A model generated the notes under the pieces. It worked only from the letters and a program-made list of their open reading frames with translations. It had not been told where the DNA came from and did no database searches. Shown in pieces: positions 8,598 through 16,290 of a DNA stretch of 16,290 bases. The stretch covers positions 1-16,290 of the forward strand of contig NW_021825233.1 of NCBI RefSeq assembly GCF_006345805.1, written 5' to 3'. Position 1 is the stretch's first letter; each line of letters starts with the position of its first letter. The translations under genes were made by a program, and so were the position numbers. This stretch comes from Octopus sinensis. Taxonomy: Eukaryota.

Positions 8598-9024
8598 CAC
8601 AGAGGTATATCTCTAATGTCAATTGCTGCAAAACTGTACAACAAACTGATTCTAAATCGCCTTGTCCTTTTTGTTGAACCTTTGCTCCGAAAGAACCAAA
8701 ATGGATTCAGACATGGGCGCTCAACGCTGAGCCAGATACTATGCCTACGCAGACTTATTGAAGAATCAAAAGCATTTAATCGCAATCTTGCAATGGTATT
8801 TGTAGACTTTTCTAAAGCGTTCGACTCTGTAGATAGGTACAAGATGTTTGAAATCCTTAAGCTCTATGGGATACCAGACAAAATCATTTCTGCCATCAAG
8901 GTCCTCTACACAGATACGTCTTCAACCATCTTAACCCCTGACGGAGAAACATCATCTTTCTCAATCAAAGCCGGAATACTGTAGGGAGACACACTCGCCT
9001 CATTTCTTTTCATCATTGTCGTTG
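8598..9024 (+). pseudogene. internal reverse-transcriptase fragment of an RTE-clade LINE
   Basis: RGISLMSIAAKLYNK...NQNGFRHGRST...FVDFSKAFDSV...GIL*GDTLASFLFIIVV. The conserved Q of QGD is a TAG stop (8982-8984); both element ends are missing. Confidence 0.93.
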
Positions 9025-9226
9025 GGTTTATTTTGTTTCCCTCTTCTTTGAATTATACCAACTGAATCGGGGGTTAGGCTACAGACACTCGGTACTCTCC
9101 TTACTGGACAGTAGCTACCACAACTCCAGTCCCCGGTGTGAACTTGGATCATAGTAGCTTATCATATAGGGCACTCAAACTGAATATCTATTAATTGAGA
9201 TCACCAGTGACCTAAACTCTTCCTCA

Positions 9227-9267
9227 TCTCTCTCTCCCTCTCTCCCTCTTTCTCTCTCTCTCTCTCC

Positions 9268-9309
<42 letters not shown>
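9227..9309. repeat. (CT)n microsatellite
   Basis: Direct reading. Confidence 0.97.
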
Positions 9310-9311
<2 letters not shown>

Positions 9312-9493
9312 AAAGGTATAGCAAAAGGTATAGCTGAAGGCTCAACCTTCTGTGTCCTTTTACAGGGCTTACAAAAACTGAAGGGCCGCAGCAGTAAGTG
9401 TGTGAATCTGACAGGGGAATATGTTCAACAAAATCATAATTAACTGATCCTCCTGTATTTTCTTTAGCAAAAGCCAGGACTTTTCAGCACTCC
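9309..9493 (+). mobile_element. mariner-derived MITE/relic (transposase C terminus plus right TIR)
   Basis: 9363-9443 translates QGLQKLKGRSSKCVNLTGEYVQQNHN*, like the mariner ending G..KL..RW.KC....G.Y.E; TIR-like AAAGCCAGGACTTTTCAGCACTCC ends just before a TA run. Confidence 0.75.
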
Positions 9494-9495
9494 AT

Positions 9496-9579
<84 letters not shown>

Positions 9580-9816
9580 CATTTTTTTTTGTGTGGGTGT
9601 GTGTGTGTATGCGCGCGCGTGTATAGAGCAGGATAGAGTGAGCGGGATGATTGATTATATATACAATTAAATATTTTGTGTTATTATTATATATATATAT
9701 TATATATATATACATACACCCACACATATTCGTGTGTGTATATAATGTCCGCGTGTGTATGTGTCTGTATATATATATATATATAATATATGTGTGTGTT
9801 GTGTGTGTGTGTGTGT
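9494..9816. repeat. (TA)n/(TG)n compound microsatellites
   Basis: Direct reading. Confidence 0.9.
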
Positions 9817-9989
9817 TTTGCAATTTTCACATGGTTGATAACCTCTGTGATATAAGTGCTATGGCGATAGAAGGTGGGGAGAAAATTTAACTACTTCGTC
9901 TGTTCTGTCAACATAGTCTTCTGTCTTGGGAGGTCTTTTCTCAAGTACGATCTCCTCAGTCCCGAACTTTCTCTCTCCGCCTCTCTTCA

Positions 9990-9994
<5 letters not shown>

Positions 9995-10027
<33 letters not shown>
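9995..10027. repeat. (CT)n microsatellite
   Basis: Direct reading. Confidence 0.95.
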
Positions 10028-10033
<6 letters not shown>

Positions 10034-10397
10034 ATCTTCTCATTCCATTTCTTTTTCTTTCCCCGGTTTCATGTATCCTTCTCTTTCCTTGCTCTCGGAA
10101 AGGAGTCTTTCTAATCAGTGTGTAGACGTGAAACCTCGGGTGTAATCAATATTCATTTAAGTGAACGATGGGCCTTCAGACGAACAGACGCCAGATAAAG
10201 GGAGAGAAAGACCACTTCCACAAACCTCTGTCTACCCACAGCATAGATCTAATAAGTTTACGTTACCTAGATGGGGGAAAATACACACATGTACACATAC
10301 ATGCATGCACACAGGAACACATACACGCACACATACATATGGCTACACATACACACTACACACAAATATATTGGAACTTTCGTCATAATTATAGTTA

Positions 10398-10408
10398 ATA
10401 TTATTATT

Positions 10409-10440
<32 letters not shown>

Positions 10441-10442
10441 TA

Positions 10443-10499
<57 letters not shown>
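10398..10499. repeat. (CAT)10-(TAT)n compound trinucleotide microsatellite
   Basis: CAT at 10411-10440 followed by a TAT tract. Confidence 0.96.
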
Positions 10500-10502
<3 letters not shown>

Positions 10503-10722
10503 CATACATACAAACATACTTACACACATACATATATTACACACACATTTATACATGTATGTATATGTGTGTATTTATGTATATATATGTATATATATAT
10601 ACATAAATACACACATATATATGTGTAAGTACATACTTAGAAAACACACATATTCATAAAGAGAGGGAGAAAAAAGGTAGCGGCAGAAGAAAATCAAGGG
10701 AATGACATAAGCGGCCAACTTC

Positions 10723-10846
10723 CAAAAGAGACCGATAGAGTAAGTACTGGGCTTACAAAGAATAAGTCCCGGGGTCGATTTGCTCGACTAAAGGCGGTGC
10801 TCCAGCATGGCCGCAGTCAATTGACTGAAACAAGTAAAAGGGTAAA
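10723..10846 (+). mobile_element. 5'-truncated SINE tail
   Basis: CAAAAGAGACCGATAGA...GGCGGTGCTCCAGCATGGCCGCAGTCAATTGACTGAAACAAGTAAAAG, colinear with 12384-12613. Confidence 0.9.
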
Positions 10847-10972
10847 CTGGAGCGAAATTTTATTTTGTAATTACAAGCGTTCTTCAATAAGCATGTTTTA
10901 TAAGTGAGACTCCATTGCATGTTAATTTAGTAGTTGGAATACTTCTCTAAGATATTGCTAATCGATTTCCCT

Positions 10973-10979
10973 TTATTAC

Positions 10980-11043
<64 letters not shown>

Positions 11044-11101
11044 TTTTTTTATTATTATTATTATTATTATCATTATTATTATTATTATTTTTATTATTAT
11101 T
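10973..11101. repeat. (TTA)n tract
   Basis: Direct reading; abuts the 3' end of the Dong/R4 fragment. Confidence 0.97.
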
Positions 11102-11585
11102 CAGTAGTTTTATTTTTATAGCGTGCTTTCACTTCACTACCGAGCACAGCTCTGTGTGCCTTGGGTATGTGCTGTGATTTGTTGTGATGCTCTGATGGTT
11201 ATTGTATGGAAAGTGTTCTGCGTAGGATGTGTGCAGTGCCTAGTAGTGCAATTTTCTGTATGTTATATGTTTGTAAGTCCTGGTGTTTTTGTTATGTATT
11301 TGTCTGAATATTTTTTTATCATGCCTACTGCACCTACTATGATAGGAATTGTTTCTGTTTTCAGGTTCCACATTCTAGTTACCTCTATTTCCAGGTCTTT
11401 GTATTTTGAGAGTTTCTCTATTTCTTTTAGAGACACGTTGTCATCTGCCGGTATTGATACATCAATTAGAAAGCATTTTTTTTTCTTCTGATCTCTGAAC
11501 TATATCTGGTCTGTTGGCCTTAATTTCTCTATCTGTGTGTATCGGCATATCCCAGAGTATGGTTGCTTTCTCGTTTTCTGTGACC
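11102..11585 (-). mobile_element. 5'-truncated R4/Dong-clade non-LTR retrotransposon (RLE domain plus 3' UTR)
   Basis: Minus strand VTENEKATILWDMPIHTDREIKANRPDIV / CFLIDVSIPADDNVSLKEIEKLSKYKDLEIEVTRMWNLKTETIPIIVGAVG...GLTNI / YNIQKIALLGTAHILRRTLSIQ* (stop 11201-11199). Frameshifts near 11490 and 11266; PD..D RLE motif; (TAA)n on both sides. Confidence 0.9.
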
Positions 11586-11617
<32 letters not shown>

Positions 11618-11629
11618 ATTATTATTATT
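11586..11629. repeat. (TTA)n tract
   Basis: Direct reading. Confidence 0.97.
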
Positions 11630-12172
11630 GAGTGGAGAGCAGTGCATGCCATCAAAGTGACACTGGGGTAAAATATGCGAAACCCAGAATACCCATCATG
11701 ACTACCCGTCTGATAACGGTACACCAGGCACATGCATCACAACCATATGCGCGCGACATGGTGATCTCATATCAAGATAAACAGCACATGACCTTGCAGG
11801 TGGGGCCCAGTTAGAATTTTCTTCTGGTCGAGTAACCCATCCCGCTCAAAAGGTCCCTGAATAAGGGTTGTTTAAGGATGTTGAATGAAACACCCATGTT
11901 TCCTGAGGTGAATTATTCAAACCCCAAAGAACCCTTCTCAACACATGGCTATGATGCTCCCCCACTACTTCTGCTCGTGATCAGAGATGCACATATCGTC
12001 AGCCACTAAGGGACATGCTCAACTGGTTAAGATCAAACAACTGACAAGCAAATTGAGCAGAATATTTGCTGTATCCCATCTTACCAAGACAAAACTATGT
12101 ACATGATAACACTTCCAATCAGTTAAGATCAGAAGCCACGAGAGCCACTGTCTGCTATTGCATCAGGGCATT
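11630..12172. mobile_element. non-coding interspersed element of about 543 bp bounded by (TTA)n on both sides
   Basis: Sharp boundaries with TTA tracts, higher GC than the flanks, no long ORF and no obvious tRNA head or TIR; I recognise it as resembling an abundant octopod repeat (unverified). Confidence 0.65.
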
Positions 12173-12192
12173 TATTATTATTATTATTATTA

Positions 12193-12227
<35 letters not shown>

Positions 12228-12250
12228 TATTATTATATCATTATTATTAT
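12172..12250. repeat. (TTA)n tract
   Basis: Direct reading. Confidence 0.95.
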
Positions 12251-12679
12251 ATGAAAACTCACAGCTTATTTTGGTGGGTATGATGGAAAGTGTCGGCTAT
12301 CCACAGCCAGCAGACTAACGTGACACTTGTTTACTGGTCATGTTTCAAGAACCCTGCGAAGAACTCTTGCTGTTCCAAGAATTATGTATATATGTATGTG
12401 TGTCTGTGTTTGTCCCCCCCCCCCAACATCGCTTGACAACCGATGCTGGTGTGTTTACGTCCCCGTAACCTAGCGGTTCGGCAAAAGAGACCGATAGAAT
12501 AAGTACTAGGCTTACAAAGAGTAAGTTCTGGGCGCGATTTGCTCGATCAAAAGGCGGTGCTCCAGCATGGCCGCACACAAATGACTGAAACGTGTAAATG
12601 ACCAAAAGAGTAATGTGCCATACCGTTTCACCCTTCTCAACACATATTCTGCACTTGCCGCTATTATTTAACCGTGTAT
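12251..12679 (-). mobile_element. second R4/Dong-clade fragment, internally deleted and interrupted by a SINE
   Basis: 12679-12609 translates YTRLNNSGKCRICVEKGETVWHIT (start of the CCHC knuckle); 12382-12338 translates ILGTARVLRRVLET*; the 3' UTR ends in (TAA)n at 12250. Confidence 0.82.
12384..12613 (+). mobile_element. SINE 3' half (same family as 4956-5165 and 10723-10846)
   Basis: GTGTCTGTGTTTGTCCCCCC...CATCGCTTGACAACCGATGCTGGTGTG...GGCGGTGCTCCAGCATGGCCGCAC. Confidence 0.9.
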
Positions 12680-12744
12680 AAGCATGTATGATATGAGTAC
12701 ATACGCACAAGTACGTACATAGTATGTTTCTTATTTCAGCAGGG

Positions 12745-13270
12745 GTTAATTGATTTTATCGACTCCAAAATTTGACTAGAACTTTATTCTTATCAATTGC
12801 AGCGTGGAAGGTGTTTATAAGCCATTTAAGAAACACACAAAAGCCGTTCGATTCACTTCAACATTTAAGTTTAATTTGTCAAAATATTTTCGTCGCTAAA
12901 ATCCGCGACCTGTTCACTGACAAAAATTCGTGCTGCATCACGGATGCAGCAAGGATTTTTGTCAGTGAACAGGTCGCGGTCTTAAAGCGACGAAAATATT
13001 TTGACGAATTAAACTTAAATGTTGAAGTGAATCGAACGGCTTTTGTGTGTTTCTTAAATGGCTTATAAACACCTTCCACGCTGCAATTGTTTTCGTTTCA
13101 GCACACGATCTCAGATCAAATTACTTGCTATGCGAGTACATCTCCTTTATTCTTATCATTCTCGAAGTGAAGGAAGGAAAAATTGACTTCGGTGGAATTT
13201 GAGCTGTGAATGTTAAGAATCGGAACAAATGCAGCTAAACATTTTGTCCGAGGTGCTAACTAACGCCTCT
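12745..13270 (-). mobile_element. degenerate SINE (family of 1102-1282) split by an insertion
   Basis: Head and body at 13270-13145 (GTTAGCACCTCGGACAAAATG...CAAATTCCACCGAAGTCAA); tail at 12795-12745; CTTTATTCTTATCA is duplicated at the break. Confidence 0.6.
12794..13089. mobile_element. near-perfect palindromic MITE/foldback element
   Basis: Arms of about 146 bp pair around an ACG loop (12940-12942) with only a few mismatches and one indel; ends read CAATTG-CAGCGTGG...CCACGCTG-CAATTG. Confidence 0.92.
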
Positions 13271-13355
13271 GTCAAAGTTGCTGTGCGCGCGCGCACGCAT
13301 ACGTACACCACACACATACATACACACACATTAATACGAATATAAACATTCTTTT

Positions 13356-13446
13356 TTATGTTTCTGATAATCGAGAAAATGGGTGTTTGTGGTGGACGTT
13401 GTGGCGTTGGTGGTGGTGGTGGTGGTGGTGTTTGTGCTGTTGTTGC

Positions 13447-13504
<58 letters not shown>

Positions 13505-14033
13505 GTGGTGGTGGTGGTAGTGGTGCTGGTGGTGCTGGTGCTGGTAGTGCTGGTGCTGGTGGTGTTGATTTTAGGTTTGGTGGCAGTTGTTGCAGAAGTG
13601 GTAGTTTAGGCGGGAAGGTAGTGTTGGTGGTGGTGGTGGTGGTGGTGGTGGTGGTAGTGTTGTTGTTGTTGTTGTTGGTGGTGGTGGTGTTGGTGAGGAT
13701 GTTGATGTTTTTGGTGGTGGTGGTGGTGGTGGTGCTCCTGTTGGTGGTAGTGGTGTTGGTGGTCGTCGTCGTCATCCTGGTGGTGGCGGTAGTGTTGTTG
13801 TTGTTGTTGTTGGTGAGGATGTTGATGTTGTTGTTGGTGGTGGTGGTGTTGCTGTTGGTGGTGGTGGTGTTGGTGGTCGTCGTCGTCATCCTGGTGGTGG
13901 TGGTAGTGTTGTTGTTACTGTTGTCGTTTTGTTGTTGCTGCCGCTGCTGCTGCTGCTGCTGTTGTTGGTGCTGTTGTTGGTGCTGGTGGTGGTGGTGATG
14001 GCAGCGGGGATGTAGTCGTTATTGATGGTAGCA
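13356..14033 (-). CDS. candidate terminal exon encoding a low-complexity T/N/S-, P-, Q- and H-rich C terminus
   Basis: Acceptor with CTAAC branch point (14065-14061) and ctcattttctgataccacAG (AG 14035-14034). Frame ATINNDYIPAAITTTT...FPPKLPLLQQLPPNLKSTPPAP...HHKHPFSRLSET* is continuous if one A is added in the A4 run at 13930-13927. Confidence 0.35.
13388..13998. repeat. compound (GGT)/(GTT)/(GCT) trinucleotide domain with a higher-order duplication
   Basis: Units start at 13654, 13789 and 13903 (135 and 114 nt) and share GGTGAGGATGTTGATGTT and GGTCGTCGTCGTCATCCTGG. Confidence 0.9.
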
Positions 14034-14579
14034 CTGTGGTATCAGAAAATGAGATTGTACGTTAGGTGCTAGTCTTGCTTAGAAAGCCGTTGGTGAGCAT
14101 TCTCGTGAGGGGCGGAGGTGCACTGTGAGATGTGGCGCGGTGTGATGTAGGAGGTGTTTTTGAGATTATTAAAATCAATAATAAAAGCGATTAAGATTCA
14201 TAAAGTTTGTCACCCTGGGATGACATTGTGAAATGGGACGAGGAGTTCCTCCCTTGGTTTATCAGATAAGAGCAGCACCGGTTGGTAAGTTACGAGGTAG
14301 GGAGACAGAAGGATATGGGCAGAGAGAGACATATGGAGAACGACGGAGAAAGAGAGAAGGAGAGAAAGAGAGAGACAAAAAGGACGGGTATGTGAGGTGT
14401 GTGTGTATCTGTGTATCTGTGTGTTTGAGTGAAACTGGGTGTGTGGAAGAAGAAGAGGAGGAAGTGATAGTATTGATGGATGATAAAGTGAATAAGAGTT
14501 GGAGAGGTGATGGGGTGTTGAATACACAGAGAAAAGCAAACCGAGGCAAACACACACCTACACACACATGTAATTATAT

Positions 14580-14633
14580 AAAGAAATACATACATACATC
14601 TATCATATATATATATATATAGTAAGAGAGTAT

Positions 14634-14666
<33 letters not shown>

Positions 14667-14866
14667 CTATATATATATATAAACCCACACATATATATGT
14701 ATATATATATATATATGTGTGTGTGTGTATATACATACTATATATATATATACATATACATAAATATATATTATATACGCACATATGCGAAAAAATGTTT
14801 ATGTATATATATATAATATATATGCGAAAAAATATGTGTATGTATGTATATATATATATATATATA
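14580..14866. repeat. (TA)n-rich microsatellite block
   Basis: Direct reading; includes a local duplication of ATATGCGAAAAAAT (14783-14796 and 14820-14833). Confidence 0.92.
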
Positions 14867-16290
14867 ATTATTCGGCTGTTTCATTAACATTCATCTGACA
14901 TAAGCGAGAAGACATTGTTTAGAAAGGGGATGTGACATTTTAGAATAGGTAGTGAGTGATATGATTGTTTGTTTGTTGTTTGTTATATGGTTTTCTTAAG
15001 TCTATATTATCTTCCCTTGATTTCATTTCAGTTAGTAATCACTTTTAATCTGGTCAAGGCCATTATGGTGTCTCACAAATCAACCGTCTCCTATTACTCT
15101 CTCCCCTTCCGCAGTTTTAACACACAGCCCTTCACCTTGTCTCGTAATTTCTCCCATTCTCTCCCTCTCCCTCTCACACACACTCTCTTTCTCTTGCTTG
15201 CTCACTTCCTCTCTCTCGCTTCCTCTTTCTCTCCCCACTCCCCACATATATATGTATGGATATATATATATATATATTTATCTTTTACCACGCTGCTCTC
15301 CTTTCGTTCTTGTGAGGTTTGGGGTTTTGTAGCTATTTTTAGTTTCTCTTTACCACGTGATTTCTTATAAATGCAGCATACACTGCTCAGAGGGGCTCTA
15401 CGGTGACCAAATAACCAACCTGTCTATTTTTCGGACCCATTGTATCGCAAACTGCTTCAATGCAATAGGTTACATTTTAAAACACTAGGACATGATATGA
15501 ATGTGTTGCTGAGGGAAAGCCCAGGGCAGGAGTAATCAAAGTCATGTGACTTTTTGAGAGGATTTGGACAGGACTGAAGCGTAAACAAGAATACGCAGAT
15601 CGGATGGGGAGATTATTTCTTAAAACTTTATTCGTAATCTAGTCCAAATTACGTAAATGGATGAAGGAGGTATTATACAATATAACGGCTTTATTAACAA
15701 TAAAAAAGGAAAGGAGATGAGGTGTTAGCAGAGTTTATGTGCAGAGAAATGTGAAAAAATTTACTTTCAGATATATCATATAACCCTATTGTGTTAGAGT
15801 AAGAACAGAGACAGATATTGTCCAAATGAATGTATTCATTGAGTCTTGTAAAGATTAATGTTCAATAAAAAGTTTAATATAATAAAAATGTTTCATAAAA
15901 ACCTTTCTGTATTTCAGTTTCGAAACTTTCAATATCGTTCATATCACTATAATCCAATCAGATGAACACGTGTGCAAATTTGAAAAACAGAAATCTGTTT
16001 TGATCGGCGAGTACAGATAAAGGGAAGAGTAAATAGGTTATGTCTTTTAGTCTATGGGTTCAGAAGCATTTTTTTTTCTGCAATGATTGAGATAGCAAAA
16101 CATTTCCCAGGGTCAAGTGTACTTGATTAATTAGAATCGAAATTAATCCTGACTTTGAATGCATTGCCAATGGCATATATTTCACTGAATATTTTAAAAT
16201 CAAAATGTATGTATTCGTTATAGAAAACTGAGCCGGTGAGCAGTCTCAACATTGCTGCGGGTCATATGTTTAACATATTTTATGGCTCAG

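Noticed and set aside
9060-9200. Possible degenerate SINE on the minus strand
   Set aside because: Only a weak B-box-like match; no A box or family similarity that I can support.
10161-10280. Protein-like stretch DGPSDEQTPDKGRERPLPQTSVYPQHRSNKF
   Set aside because: No convincing splice sites or homology; it runs into microsatellite.
12772-13079. Similar ORFs on both strands (98 and 66 aa)
   Set aside because: They arise from the palindrome; no transposase motifs.
13358-13998. Plus-strand poly-V/W/C/G ORFs
   Set aside because: Antisense frames of the trinucleotide domain with implausible composition and no splice support.
1696-15965. LRR-like motifs after good acceptors (FQYFTLNTNKL at 1697, DISYNPIV at 15771, FQYRSYHYNPI at 15927)
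   Set aside because: Single short motifs with incompatible phases or an immediate stop; AT-rich DNA easily yields F/L/I/N patterns.
16228-16290. 7-bp inverted repeat CTGAGCC/GGCTCAG at the window edge
   Set aside because: Too short, and cannot be evaluated without downstream sequence.
1-16290. CRISPR arrays, rRNA or bona fide tRNA genes
   Set aside because: None seen; all tRNA-like sequences are SINE heads lacking a complete cloverleaf.

Overview
AT-rich eukaryotic, repeat-dominated DNA with dense di-, tri- and tetranucleotide microsatellites. The repeat families look like those of Octopus genomes (inference from recognition, not from a search). No complete gene is present. Retroelement content: tRNA-derived SINEs of at least three families, RTE-clade LINE pieces (5' region and an internal RT fragment), a CR1-group LINE 3' end, and two R4/Dong-clade (RLE) fragments plus a non-coding 543-bp element lined up in (TAA)n tracts. 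DNA-element content: a non-autonomous Helitron, a mariner-derived MITE and two palindromic foldback elements. Penelope-like fragments carry minimal hammerhead ribozyme motifs, one with an apparent U3-A8 compensatory core. A LINE tail and three SINE tails share a 3' motif whose stem sequence differs while pairing is kept. Two tentative host-gene exons are seen: a signal-peptide-like ORF at 5592-5741 (+) and a low-complexity T/N/P/Q/H terminal exon at 14033-13356 (-) that needs a 1-nt correction. Most ORFs in the supplied track are microsatellite or palindrome artefacts.
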